A stretch of 56,720 nucleotides of DNA. It comes from a virus. Its lineage: Duplodnaviria > Caudoviricetes. Of the stretch, positions 17,418 to 27,499 are shown in pieces; position 1 is the stretch's first letter, and every line of letters starts with the position of its first letter. A model generated the notes under the pieces. The model was given only the letters and a program-made list of their open reading frames with translations. It was not told the DNA's origin and did no database searches. A program made the translations under genes and the position numbers. The DNA is taken from positions 1 to 56,720 of IMG/VR virus record IMGVR_UViG_3300045911_000181; one strand, given 5' to 3'.

Positions 17418-18583
17418 AGATTGCTTTGCTTGCGGATACCCATTTCGGTGTCCGAAACGACACAGCGGCGTTCTACGACACGTTCGACAATTTCTACACC
17501 AACACATTCTTCCCGACGTTAGACAAACGCCGCATCAAGCACATCTTGCATGTCGGCGACGTGTTCGACCGGCGGAAGTACATCAACTTTCAGACCCTAG
17601 AGTGGACCCGTAAGATGTTCTTCGAACCCATGCGCGCGCGGGGTATCGACATGAAGGTCATCTTGGGCAATCACGATGTCTACTACAAGTCCACCAACCG
17701 GCTCAATGCTGTGTCTTTACTGTTAGGCGAATACCTGTCCGGCGGACGGGCCAGACTTGGTTCCGGGGACCGGGTGGAAGCGGATAGTGCGATGGCGCTA
17801 TCGAACGTGGAAAACGTTTCGATCTATGACCAGCCGTGCGAAACCAACATCTTCGGTATGGACTGTGTGGTGATGCCGTGGATCAATGCTGAGAACTATG
17901 ACGCCGCGATGACCATTGCGAAGAGCGCACGCGGTTCGAAGCCGGTGTTTGGTCATCTGGAACTGACCGGGTTCAACATGTACCGGAACAGTGTATGCGA
18001 TCACGGGCTGGACCCGAAGATTTTCACACGCTTCGACATGGTACTCACCGGGCATTTCCATCATCAGTCACAGAAGGGCGGCATCAAGTATCTTGGCGCT
18101 CCCTACGAAATGATCTGGTCGGATTATGACGATGCGCGCGGTTTCCACATCCTAGACACCGAAACATTGGAACTGGAGTTCATCAAGAACCCCGACCAGA
18201 TGTTCTACAAGGTTCGTTACGACGATTCCAACGACGTACCGGGCCGCTCCGCGCCGGGGCCGGATATTGAGCCGTCGCCGAACTGGAAAGGCAAATACAT
18301 CAAGATCATCGTCATGCGGAAGAAAGATCCGTATGCCTTCGATCAGTTCATGGATGCGGTGTGGGCGACACAGCCGCATGATGTGACCCTTGTCGAAGAC
18401 GAAACCCTTGACATCGACAAGGTGCTTGAAGGCAAGGATGAAACGCTCATCATTGATGACACGCCGACCGTATTGAATGCCTATGTGGACGCTATCAATT
18501 CACAGGACGTGAATAAGCCCGCATTGAAGAAACTGATGTTGGAACTGTACACAGAAGCCGTGGCCGCTAGCGGGCGCGACTAG
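17414..18583 (+). CDS. 47: recombination endonuclease subunit gp47 (Mre11-like)
   Basis: DTHFG, GDVFDRRK, GNHD, GHLE, GHFH, YLGAPY. Confidence 0.95.
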   Translation: MKIALLADTHFGVRNDTAAFYDTFDNFYTNTFFPTLDKRRIKHILHVGDVFDRRKYINFQTLEWTRKMFFEPMRARGIDMKVILGNHDVYYKSTNRLNAVSLLLGEYLSGGRARLGSGDRVEADSAMALSNVENVSIYDQPCETNIFGMDCVVMPWINAENYDAAMTIAKSARGSKPVFGHLELTGFNMYRNSVCDHGLDPKIFTRFDMVLTGHFHHQSQKGGIKYLGAPYEMIWSDYDDARGFHILDTETLELEFIKNPDQMFYKVRYDDSNDVPGRSAPGPDIEPSPNWKGKYIKIIVMRKKDPYAFDQFMDAVWATQPHDVTLVEDETLDIDKVLEGKDETLIIDDTPTVLNAYVDAINSQDVNKPALKKLMLELYTEAVAASGRD

Positions 18584-18592
18584 GAAGGAAGG

Positions 18593-20305
18593 ATGCTAGA
18601 GTTTGAATCCCTTCGATACAAAAATTTTCTGAGCACCGGCAACAATGAGACGGTCATTCAGATCAACACATCCCCGACGACGCTCATCTTAGGCGACAAC
18701 GGAAGCGGTAAGTCCACGATGCTGGACGCGCTGTGCTTTGTTCTCTTCGGCAAGCCGTACCGGAAGATCAAGAAAGAACAGCTTATCAATTCCATCAATC
18801 AACGTGATTGTTTGGTGGAGATTGAATTCAGGACGCGCGGCGATCACTACAAGATCCGGCGCGGCATCAAGCCGAACTTTCTCAACATCCTCAAGAACGG
18901 TCAGTTGCTCGAAGAGAACGCGGCGGTGAAGGATCAGCAAGAGTATCTTGAGAATCACATCCTCAAGCTGAGCATGAAGTCGTTTACTCAGTTGGTCATT
19001 CTCGGTTCTGCAAGTTTCGTTCCGTTCATGCAATTGAGTGCCGCTGACCGGCGGGCGCTGGTCGAAGACATCCTTGAGATTCAAGTCTTGTCTGAAATGA
19101 ACGAAGTTCTGAAGGGCCGGGTGTCGAAGATCAAGCAAGAAATCGCCTTGGTCGAACAGCAAGTTGTCAGCACGAACGAAGCGATCCGGCTGGTGGAAGA
19201 CTCCATCAGTTCAATGAAACAACAGGCCGATCAAGAGCGGCAACGGAAGTTGGACCGTATCGCGGAAATCGAAACGCAGATCCAATCCATCACGGATGAC
19301 ATACAGGTCAAAACGGAAGAAGTCGAAGCGGTGCTGGCCCGGATTGCGGATGAACCTACTGTCAATGAGAAGCTGATCGACTATAGCGAAAGAAAGACGA
19401 AGATCAAGTCGAAGGCACAGGAGTTGACGACGGAGATTCGATTCTTCCAAGACAACGAAACATGTCCGACCTGTACCCAACCGATCCAAACCGATTTTCG
19501 CGACAAAGCGGTTGCTGACAAAAAGACCTTTTTGGCGAAGCTGAAGGATGGTCATACCGCGCTGACAGAGAAGGAGAAGACATTTTTACAGCGTCGGGAA
19601 GAAATTTTGGAGTGCCGGGCACAGATCCAGACGATCCGTCAGGAGATCGCCGCGCGCCGGGCGGAATCAAACACGCTCAATATCGAATCCCGGCGGCTGA
19701 GTCTTGACATACAGAAGACGGACAGCACACTGATCGCCAAGGAAGAAGGGAAGCTGGAAGAGTTACATCGCCGGGAAGAAGAACTGGAGGTCATGCGGAA
19801 GCATCTGGCGGAAACCAAACAACTTCAAGACTTGGCCGCTATCATGTTGAAAGATGGAGGGATAAAGACTTCGATCATCCGTCAATATCTGCCCGTCATC
19901 AACAAAGTTGTGAATCGGTTCCTTTCCGCGCTGAATTTTCCGGTACAATTTAGCTTAGACGAAACATTCAACGAAACGATCAAGGCGCGACATAGGGATG
20001 AGTTCAGCTATCCATCCTTCTCCGAAGGGGAAAAGTTGCGCATCGATTTGGCAATCTTGTTCTGTTGGAGGGAAGTTTCCCGGCTGAAGAACAGTATGGC
20101 AACGAACTTGCTCATTCTCGATGAAGTTGTAGATTCCAGTCTGGATGTGACAGGTATCGATGCTTTCATGACGGTGTTGGCGGAACTGGCAGAGACAACC
20201 CACGTGTTCGTTATCTCACACAAGTCCGATGCGCTGGCCGAAAAGTTTGATCGAACGATCAAATTCGTGAAACGGGCGAACTTCTCACAGATCCAACTGG
20301 TGTAA
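18593..20305 (+). CDS. 46: recombination endonuclease subunit gp46 (Rad50-like)
   Basis: KNFLSTGN, GDNGSGKST, CPTC zinc hook, FSEGEK, LILDEV, VISH. Confidence 0.97.
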   Translation: MLEFESLRYKNFLSTGNNETVIQINTSPTTLILGDNGSGKSTMLDALCFVLFGKPYRKIKKEQLINSINQRDCLVEIEFRTRGDHYKIRRGIKPNFLNILKNGQLLEENAAVKDQQEYLENHILKLSMKSFTQLVILGSASFVPFMQLSAADRRALVEDILEIQVLSEMNEVLKGRVSKIKQEIALVEQQVVSTNEAIRLVEDSISSMKQQADQERQRKLDRIAEIETQIQSITDDIQVKTEEVEAVLARIADEPTVNEKLIDYSERKTKIKSKAQELTTEIRFFQDNETCPTCTQPIQTDFRDKAVADKKTFLAKLKDGHTALTEKEKTFLQRREEILECRAQIQTIRQEIAARRAESNTLNIESRRLSLDIQKTDSTLIAKEEGKLEELHRREEELEVMRKHLAETKQLQDLAAIMLKDGGIKTSIIRQYLPVINKVVNRFLSALNFPVQFSLDETFNETIKARHRDEFSYPSFSEGEKLRIDLAILFCWREVSRLKNSMATNLLILDEVVDSSLDVTGIDAFMTVLAELAETTHVFVISHKSDALAEKFDRTIKFVKRANFSQIQLV

Positions 20306-20413
20306 GAATGGATTTGACTTTTTCATCGTTATCTGGTAGGCTCTGGTACGACGGAGAGTCGTGTGTTTACACTTGCGACATTACGTTGTGAAACGTAAAG
20401 AAATGGAGTTTGT

Positions 20414-20632
20414 ATGGCCCGAAACAGTGTGGTTGAGGTTAGACCACCAAAGGATTCGAGCTTGGATTCGGTCTTGGTAGCGTTGCATGGCCTTCAAGAA
20501 CAACAGTCCGACTTGCGGGAAGGTATCACGAACCTTCGGATGCAACTGAATCGTTTGCGGCGACCGCCGCGCAAAACTGTCGGACGCATCCGCCCGATTG
20601 TTTCGTCCGGCATCCATGCGATTACCGGTTAA
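20414..20632 (+). CDS. small coiled-coil protein
   Basis: GGAG RBS; leucine heptads; TTGACT/TAGGCT promoter-like pair near 20314-20342. Confidence 0.55.
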   Translation: MARNSVVEVRPPKDSSLDSVLVALHGLQEQQSDLREGITNLRMQLNRLRRPPRKTVGRIRPIVSSGIHAITG

Positions 20633-20641
20633 GCTCAGCAC

Positions 20642-20671
20642 TTGACATATAGGTCCGCATCATGCTACTCT
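20642..20671 (+). promoter_or_regulatory. early promoter
   Basis: TTGACA-tataggtc...(18)-TACTCT with extended TG. Confidence 0.75.
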
Positions 20672-20678
20672 AGGTGTG

Positions 20679-22925
20679 ATGCGGATCGAAGTTAACGAAA
20701 CACTAGCCCGGATGCTGGCAACGGAAAACCTGCACATCCGTTACAGCCATACTGCGAAGACTGCCCACTTCGATGTCAAGACCCGCCTCTTGACCCTTCC
20801 GCTCTATTCCCGCCTCGAACAAATCATTCACTTGCTGTTGGCCGGGCACGAAGCATTTCATGCTTTGTGGACCAAGATGGATCGCGTACAGGCTTCGCGT
20901 CTGATTGATGCTGACCCGAAGAATGAGAAGCGCGCCGCCCGGTACGTCAACATTTGTGAAGACGTGCGCATCGAAAATTTGGGCAAAGAACTCTATCCCG
21001 GCATGCGCAAAGTATTCCGCGACGGATACAAGATTTTGGTCAAGGCCGGGTTCTTCGGCAATATGTCCAAGATCAGCAAGATGAGCTTGATCGACCGGGT
21101 GAACATCTATTTCAAGGCCGGTGCGACGATTGATGTCTCGTTTTCCGAACAGGAAACCCCGCTGGTCCAAGCGATCAATAAGGCCCGGTCGTTTGACGAA
21201 ATGATCGCGGCGTGCCGGGCGATCTACGAATTCGCCAAACAGCAACAGCAACCGGAAGATGAGCCGGATCAGGACCAAGATCAGGATCAGGACGATCAGC
21301 AGCAACAGAAGTCGAAGTCCAAATCGAAGTCGAAGAAGGATCGCGAAGAGTCCGAAGAGGACGAATCCGAAGACGGTGAAGAGTCGGAAGAAGACGAAGA
21401 TTCGGAATCTGAACAATCGGAAGACGGCGACGAATCCGAAGATGGCGATGAAGAGTCGGATGCCGGTGATGACGAAGGCGACGACGGGGACGATGAACAG
21501 GAATCCGAAGGCGAAGATGGCGACGGCGATGAAGATTCGGATGCCGGTGATGACGACGCTGATGGTGATACTGATGATGGCGACGACAGTGAAGGCGATG
21601 GTGACGAAGATTCTGACGCTGACGCTGATGACGACGACGGCGGCAAGGAAACCACTCAAACCAAGCCACAAGACAAGCTGGAAGAGGGAAGCACCCAAGA
21701 CGAATTCGACAAACATCTTGCCGATCACTGCGACCCGCAAGAGTCGTATATCTATGCGACCTTGCCGAAAGTCAAGACCGTGGCCGCTGTTGTGGATTAC
21801 AAGATCGTGTTGGACGAACTGACGAAGGCATGTGCGAAGGCGGCGGCGAAGGATTCCAGCACGCCGGGCATCAAGAAGTATGTGCCGAAGAAAAGCTGGT
21901 TCGATCAGATCATGCGATCACTTGACCCGGACGTGCTCTACATGGTTCAGCAGTTCATGATGATGCGCCGGGCCGATCAGCACGCGCGCACGCGCACGGC
22001 TTCGACTGGTGATATCGATATGACGAAGTTGTGGTCACACCGCGTCAATGACAACATTTTCGCGACTACGGAAATCGTACCGGACGACAAGAATCATGGA
22101 TTGATATTGGTGGTGGACTGGTCCGCTTCGATGAAAAGTCCGTTGTTCGATGTTATGGTTCAGCTTCTTGCTCTGATGCTGTTTTGCCGGAAGGCGGGCA
22201 TTCCGTTCGAAGTTTACGTGTTCATCACCCGCGATTCCACGAAGGGTAGTAGTTTCATCCCGGCGAAAGATTCAGTGAACGTGGAAGGTTCCACGCGGCT
22301 GTACAACATCTTCTCTAGCCGTATGCCGCAAGCGCATTTCTACCAGATGTGTTTGATGATGTTCAGTTCGTTCGACGGGCGGGAGTTCAAGTCGCCGCTG
22401 GACTATCTGAATCTTCGGTACGGCACGCCATTGGGCGAAGCGATGTTGATTGCCAGTGAGATTGTCCCGGTATTCCAAAAGAACAACCGGCTTCAGTTCG
22501 TCCACACTATCTTCCTGACAGACGGGGACGGAAATAGCTCCATGACGGTATGCGCGAATCAGCTTGAAGATCAGATCACGCGCCGGACGTATAGCCCGAA
22601 ACCGGAAGAACATCAGATTGAAGTTCTTCATCTGTTGCCCCGGATCGTCCGGGAGCGGACGCGGGCGAAAATGATCGGGTTCTATGTCGGTGGTCCTACA
22701 CAACGGATGCTTCAGGACTCGAAGATGACGTACAGGGAAGCGAATGATTTGCTGTCGAAAGAGGGATTCATGAAGGTCGGTGGGACCAACTATGATGCTT
22801 TCTTCGTGCTGAATCCGGCCATGAGTGTGCCACAAGCCGCCACGAATGGCGACCCGACAGCACAGATTCAGATGCGCCGGAAGTCGCGGGTGATGTTGCA
22901 ACAATTCATCAAGATGATTGCTTGA
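20679..22925 (+). CDS. CobT-like protein: metallopeptidase-like N-terminus, long acidic linker, VWA domain
   Basis: TAHFD, GHEAFHALWT, VNICEDVRIE, ~140-aa D/E-rich tract, DWSASM, GTPL, LTDGD. Confidence 0.85.
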   Translation: MRIEVNETLARMLATENLHIRYSHTAKTAHFDVKTRLLTLPLYSRLEQIIHLLLAGHEAFHALWTKMDRVQASRLIDADPKNEKRAARYVNICEDVRIENLGKELYPGMRKVFRDGYKILVKAGFFGNMSKISKMSLIDRVNIYFKAGATIDVSFSEQETPLVQAINKARSFDEMIAACRAIYEFAKQQQQPEDEPDQDQDQDQDDQQQQKSKSKSKSKKDREESEEDESEDGEESEEDEDSESEQSEDGDESEDGDEESDAGDDEGDDGDDEQESEGEDGDGDEDSDAGDDDADGDTDDGDDSEGDGDEDSDADADDDDGGKETTQTKPQDKLEEGSTQDEFDKHLADHCDPQESYIYATLPKVKTVAAVVDYKIVLDELTKACAKAAAKDSSTPGIKKYVPKKSWFDQIMRSLDPDVLYMVQQFMMMRRADQHARTRTASTGDIDMTKLWSHRVNDNIFATTEIVPDDKNHGLILVVDWSASMKSPLFDVMVQLLALMLFCRKAGIPFEVYVFITRDSTKGSSFIPAKDSVNVEGSTRLYNIFSSRMPQAHFYQMCLMMFSSFDGREFKSPLDYLNLRYGTPLGEAMLIASEIVPVFQKNNRLQFVHTIFLTDGDGNSSMTVCANQLEDQITRRTYSPKPEEHQIEVLHLLPRIVRERTRAKMIGFYVGGPTQRMLQDSKMTYREANDLLSKEGFMKVGGTNYDAFFVLNPAMSVPQAATNGDPTAQIQMRRKSRVMLQQFIKMIA

Positions 22926-22950
22926 CATGTATGTTATTTCAGGGTAGAAT
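22922..22950 (+). promoter_or_regulatory. early promoter
   Basis: TTGACA-N17-TAGAAT, 7 nt before ATG 22958. Confidence 0.75.
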
Positions 22951-22957
22951 GGAACTG

Positions 22958-24115
22958 ATGACAACTTCACGTACCGGCAAACTGACAAACGAACAGAAAA
23001 AGTTCTTGGCGGCGGTGGCGGCGGAATTCAGCACGAACGGCGAATTGCCTTCGTCGATCACGGTTTCTCAAATTTCCCTGTTAGTGGGTCGCGGATACAA
23101 GCGTCCGAATTGGCTCATGACGCGGGACAACCAAATGTCCAAGGACCGCTTCATGCTGGCCGAAGCGTTGTGGCAAGCGGCGGATTTACAAGCACCGGAC
23201 ACGATGTCTTCTCCGGGTAAACTGGATGAAGACACCGTGCAACCTCTTACCGAATTTGTTCCCGACCGCGACCCGCTTTATGTCCCGGAAGGGTCCTACT
23301 TCAAACTGGTGAAGCTGTTCAAGTCGAAGCGATGGGTGCCCATGTGGATCACCGGTCCCACTGGCGTCGCGAAGACTATGAGCATCGAACAGGCGTGCGC
23401 CGTCGCCGGGCGTGAATTTTTCCGCATCCAGATTACGAAAGAATCGGACGAAGCGGCGCTATTGGGAACGTTTCACCTTCGTAATGGGGAAACCGAGTTT
23501 GTTCAGTCGCGTGTTATCACGGCGATGGAACGCGGCGGCGTTCTTCTTCTGGACGAATGCGATTTGGCTTCGGATAAGGCCATGTGCCTTCAGCCGGTGC
23601 TCGAAGGCAAGTCGGTCTATCTGACCCGCGCCAATCGCACCGTGACGCCCGCGCCCGGCTTCCAGTGCGTCGCGACGGCAAACACGAAAGGGCGCGGCGA
23701 CGATACCGGGATGTACTTCGGGACCAACATGGTCAACGAAGCGTTTCTGGACCGCATTGCGGCCATGACAATCGATCACGGTTACCCGCTGCCAGCCAAT
23801 GAGCGCACGATTCTGAAACGGATCATGCAAGCGGCTGGCATCATGGACGAACAGTTCATCGTTCAGCTTGTCGCATGGGCCGGGAAGTGCCGTGAGAACT
23901 ATGACCAAGGGGTCATTTCGCACACGATTTCCCCGCGCCGGTTGTGCCGCATTGTCGAAGCCTATGCCGTATTTGAGGACAAAGAGGATGTGGTGGATAT
24001 GGCTCTGGCCCGCTTCAATTCGGTGGATCGCGCCGCGATGAAGGGCTACTACACGATGTTCAACGGCACGACGGTACCGCCGGATCGCTCATCGAATCAG
24101 TCTCCGACTTGGTAA
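22958..24115 (+). CDS. MoxR/CobS-like AAA+ ATPase
   Basis: GPTGVAKT, LLLDECD, ATANTKGRG, NEAFLDR, ISPRRL. Confidence 0.9.
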   Translation: MTTSRTGKLTNEQKKFLAAVAAEFSTNGELPSSITVSQISLLVGRGYKRPNWLMTRDNQMSKDRFMLAEALWQAADLQAPDTMSSPGKLDEDTVQPLTEFVPDRDPLYVPEGSYFKLVKLFKSKRWVPMWITGPTGVAKTMSIEQACAVAGREFFRIQITKESDEAALLGTFHLRNGETEFVQSRVITAMERGGVLLLDECDLASDKAMCLQPVLEGKSVYLTRANRTVTPAPGFQCVATANTKGRGDDTGMYFGTNMVNEAFLDRIAAMTIDHGYPLPANERTILKRIMQAAGIMDEQFIVQLVAWAGKCRENYDQGVISHTISPRRLCRIVEAYAVFEDKEDVVDMALARFNSVDRAAMKGYYTMFNGTTVPPDRSSNQSPTW

Positions 24116-24200
24116 GTCGGATTTCAAATTTCACTCTCCAAACCCCGTGATAGCTTGGTCTAAGAGCCACCGATCACGGGGTTCTACTTTTTGGAGAGCA

Positions 24201-24926
24201 ATGTCAATCAAACTCACACCAGACACCATCGCGATTCTCGAAAACTATGCTGCCATTGCGAAGGGCGTCATCCTCAAGCCGGGCCGGGAACTCAAGACAC
24301 TGAGCAAGTCCGGGGCATCGGCGGCGGTGGCAACGATCACGGAAGAGTTTCCCCATCAGGTTCCGATCCACGACATTCTGAACTTCCTGAATGTCTTGGG
24401 TCTGTTCAACGAACCGCTCATCGACTTCAATCAAGAGAAGAACTACATGACCATCACCGACGCGACCGACCCGTCGCGGAGCACCCGGTTCATGTACAGT
24501 GCGCCGGAACTCATGCGTTCTCCGTCCGGGCGCATCAAGCCGTCCGGCCCGGAAGTTCGTTTCAAGCTGACCGAATCACAGTTGGCGGTTTTGGTCAAGG
24601 CGACGGCGGTGCTGAAGAAGCCCGAATGGGCGGTCATCAGCAACGGCAAGACCATCAAGCTGGTCACCTACAACAGCAAGGAACCGAACAGCAACGACTT
24701 CTCATTGGTCGTCGAAGGCGAACCGAACGGCGTGGAATGCACTTCGGTGTTCAGCTTCGAAAACATCCGGTTGCTCAAGGGCAACTACGAAGTGATCGTG
24801 ACTGAGCAACTGGCGCAATTCACCAACACGGATCGCGCTTCGAACGGCGGCGAACTGGTTTACTGGATCGGCGTCGAAGCCAGCACGAAGTTCAATCAGA
24901 AGCGCGGCGAAGCCGCCGGGAACTAA
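24201..24926 (+). CDS. 45: sliding clamp gp45
   Basis: MSIKLT..T..ILENYA.I, IHDILNFL..L.LF..P, ENIRLL.G.Y.V, YWI..E; synteny with gp44. Confidence 0.9.
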   Translation: MSIKLTPDTIAILENYAAIAKGVILKPGRELKTLSKSGASAAVATITEEFPHQVPIHDILNFLNVLGLFNEPLIDFNQEKNYMTITDATDPSRSTRFMYSAPELMRSPSGRIKPSGPEVRFKLTESQLAVLVKATAVLKKPEWAVISNGKTIKLVTYNSKEPNSNDFSLVVEGEPNGVECTSVFSFENIRLLKGNYEVIVTEQLAQFTNTDRASNGGELVYWIGVEASTKFNQKRGEAAGN

Positions 24927-24935
24927 ACAACCACA

Positions 24936-25877
24936 ATGGAAACGAACGACCGCCAATTCTTGTGGGTGGAAAAATACCGCCCCACTAAGATCGCGGAATG
25001 CATTTTGCCGGAAGCAATGAAGAAGACCTTCACGGATATCGTTGCTTCCGGCTCAATGCCGAACATGATCTTCTCTGGTCGTCCGGGCATCGGAAAGACT
25101 ACCGTCGCCCGTGCGATGTGTGAAGAGATGGACCGCGATTATCTTTTCGTCCCGGCCAGCGAACAAGGCAACATCGAAACGCTCCGCTACACGGTGCGCC
25201 AATATGCCGGTACGATGGCTTTCAACGGCAAACCGAAGGCGGTGATCTTCGACGAAGGCGACGGCATGACCAAGGCCGCACAAGACGCTTTGCGGTCGTT
25301 CATCGAAGAGTTCTCCGTCAACTGCAACTTCATCTTCACGGCCAACAACAAGGGCAAGATTGCAGAAGCCATTCGAGAATCCCGATTGGTTCCGGTTGAC
25401 TTCACTATCCCGAAGGTGGAAAAGGCAACGCTGGCCCGGCAATTCTTCGAACGGGCGAAAGAGATTCTGGATCTGGAGAAGATTGTGTATGATCCGAAAA
25501 CGGTCACACAAATTGTTCTTCGGAACTTCCCGGATTTCCGCAAGATCCTGAACCAGCTTCAGTACCATAGCAAGTCTGGTACTTTGGTCTTCGAAGAAGG
25601 TGTTGGTACCGCACAGATCAAAGAGGTCATTGACAAGCTGGCAGAAAAGGACATGTCGTTCGTCCGTCAGTGGGTCGCACAGAACGCTGAGAACGACACT
25701 CAGCATATCTACCGGCGGATCTATGACGTTCTCTATGAAAGGCTGGTACCTTCGACCATTCCCGATGCGATTGTCGCTCTGGCAAAATATCAGCATTGGG
25801 CAATCACGGCGGCAAATCAAGAAATCAACCTCATGGCTTGTCTAGTTGAGATTGCGGTGGTGTGTCAATTCAAGTAA
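24936..25877 (+). CDS. 44: clamp loader large subunit gp44
   Basis: FLWVEKYRP, GRPGIGKTT, DEGD, ALRSFIEEFS.NC.FI, FPDFRK. Confidence 0.95.
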   Translation: METNDRQFLWVEKYRPTKIAECILPEAMKKTFTDIVASGSMPNMIFSGRPGIGKTTVARAMCEEMDRDYLFVPASEQGNIETLRYTVRQYAGTMAFNGKPKAVIFDEGDGMTKAAQDALRSFIEEFSVNCNFIFTANNKGKIAEAIRESRLVPVDFTIPKVEKATLARQFFERAKEILDLEKIVYDPKTVTQIVLRNFPDFRKILNQLQYHSKSGTLVFEEGVGTAQIKEVIDKLAEKDMSFVRQWVAQNAENDTQHIYRRIYDVLYERLVPSTIPDAIVALAKYQHWAITAANQEINLMACLVEIAVVCQFK

Positions 25878-25978
25878 AGGAACAGTCATGCAAGAGAACC
25901 AACAACCCGATTCAGACGATGTGCTGGCGGACGTGATCCGCGCGTTCGCCCCGCACTTCATTCGCTACATGGAAGAAC

Positions 25979-26398
25979 ATGGAACTGAAGGAAGTACTGA
26001 ATAGCCTCTTCAAAACCAAAGAGGATCTGGCGACAGAGATTGACGGCCAGCGGGAGTTGGTGGAAGCACCCGGCCCGTGGGTCATCAATCGCATGATTTC
26101 ATTGTTCCCGGATTGCGTTGGCGATGTCAACGAAATCAATACGGTCCAAGGGATCGATGCGCTCATGCAATATGATTTCCTTCGGTTCCGGCTGAAGCCG
26201 CGCACTAAGACGTTTACGCCTTGGCTCAAAGCTGAGAAGCCGTCCGAAGATGTGAAGTTGGTCATGGAGTATTACAAGTACTCCGAAGAGAAGGCGCGGG
26301 AAGCGCTAGAACTTCTGACCGACGATCAGTTGGAGTTGATCCGGGATTCGTTTTTTGAAGGTGGTGTGGTGAAGAAACGGGGCAAGAGCAAAGACTAG
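25979..26398 (+). CDS. 62: clamp loader small subunit gp62
   Basis: PWVINR..S.F.D, QYDFL, F.PW.K, VMEYY.YS.EKA. Confidence 0.9.
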   Translation: MELKEVLNSLFKTKEDLATEIDGQRELVEAPGPWVINRMISLFPDCVGDVNEINTVQGIDALMQYDFLRFRLKPRTKTFTPWLKAEKPSEDVKLVMEYYKYSEEKAREALELLTDDQLELIRDSFFEGGVVKKRGKSKD

Positions 26399-26622
26399 CT
26401 CTTCGGCGGCGACGGCGGAATCAATTTCGCAATACGCGGCTTGAAGATTTTCTGATCGCCTTTGTTCGTATGCGCGACGGGCTGACCGTGTTCGTCGCGC
26501 GAAAACCCTTTGATCGTGGCGCGGCGGTTCTTGAATTTTCCCACCAACAATTCGTCACCGACTTCCAGCTTCGGAAGTTCCAGTTCGGCGATGAATTCAG
26601 CGAAAGATTTCACGGGCACCAT
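26395..26622 (-). CDS. small putative internal head protein
   Basis: KSFAEFIAE N-terminus; TAAATA 5 nt upstream; VGD.LL.GKFKN. Confidence 0.7.
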   Translation of the reverse strand: MVPVKSFAEFIAELELPKLEVGDELLVGKFKNRRATIKGFSRDEHGQPVAHTNKGDQKIFKPRIAKLIPPSPPKS

Positions 26623-26636
26623 GATAGTATTTAGCT

Positions 26637-27128
26637 ATGGCCTTCTACATCGAACTTCCGCCCCGTGGTCCGCTGAAAACCCATGAGTTCAAAACGCCGG
26701 AACAGGCGGATCGAATTCTGTCTCAGATTTTCAAGGAGCGTCGGTGGGAAGAAGGTGAGCACTTCGGCGGGGTGTGGATCTGTGCCGACAGCAATTGCTA
26801 CTCTGAAACGGAATGGCCGATGAACCAGTACATTGCCGGGGTGCCCGGCACGGTTGTCCTGACCAATCGGGGACCCGGTTTCACTTCCGGGGAAATCTCC
26901 CGCGCGTGCGCGAATGTGTCCCGGAATTGGATGACCATTGACGAAGCGGAGAAGCATCGCCCGCCGGTCATTCAGATGGAGATTCAATCCAAACATTGCC
27001 GGGTGACAATCATTGGTGACTCCACGCCGGAAGGCATGTTCTCTATTGATCCGTTCATCGACCACGTTCGTTCGATGGCAATGCGGAACAATGCCACTGT
27101 GGAAGTGGAACGGGTAGCTGTTGACTGA
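26637..27128 (+). CDS. hypothetical protein
   Basis: 163-aa ORF coupled to the next gene (TGATG). Confidence 0.65.
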   Translation: MAFYIELPPRGPLKTHEFKTPEQADRILSQIFKERRWEEGEHFGGVWICADSNCYSETEWPMNQYIAGVPGTVVLTNRGPGFTSGEISRACANVSRNWMTIDEAEKHRPPVIQMEIQSKHCRVTIIGDSTPEGMFSIDPFIDHVRSMAMRNNATVEVERVAVD

Positions 27129-27454
27129 TGCCGGGGCGGGTCGTCCATTGCCGGAAGGAACCCTACGACATTTACATCGGGCGCGGGAAATGTCCCACGA
27201 CCGGCCAATCATCAATTTGGGGCAACCCGTATTCCCATAAACCCGATACAACCGCCCGCTTTCGCGTAGAAACCCGTGCTGACGCCATCGCTGCCTATGA
27301 AGGGTACATCCGATCCCGCCCGGATTTGATCGCTGCCTTGGCTGATCTACGCGGCAAGACGCTAGGGTGCTGGTGTCATCCGAAGCCCTGCCACGGTTGG
27401 GTGCTCATCCGGTTGGCCGAAGAATATCACGGGCTGGCTTCTCTTTTCTCTTGA
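27128..27454 (+). CDS. DUF4326 family protein
   Basis: VVHC, DIYIGR, S.WGNP, LRGKTLGCWC.P.PCHG.VL. Confidence 0.9.
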   Translation: MPGRVVHCRKEPYDIYIGRGKCPTTGQSSIWGNPYSHKPDTTARFRVETRADAIAAYEGYIRSRPDLIAALADLRGKTLGCWCHPKPCHGWVLIRLAEEYHGLASLFS

Positions 27455-27479
27455 CATATAGGTCGCTTCTTGCTATTCT
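27451..27479 (+). promoter_or_regulatory. early promoter
   Basis: TTGACA-tataggtcgcttcttgc(17)-TATTCT. Confidence 0.8.
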
Positions 27480-27499
27480 GTCAATGGAGAGAACGACCA

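Noticed and set aside
21250-21660. Repetitive GAC/GAA/GAT tract as a possible array
   Set aside because: In-frame low-complexity acidic linker with no repeat-spacer structure
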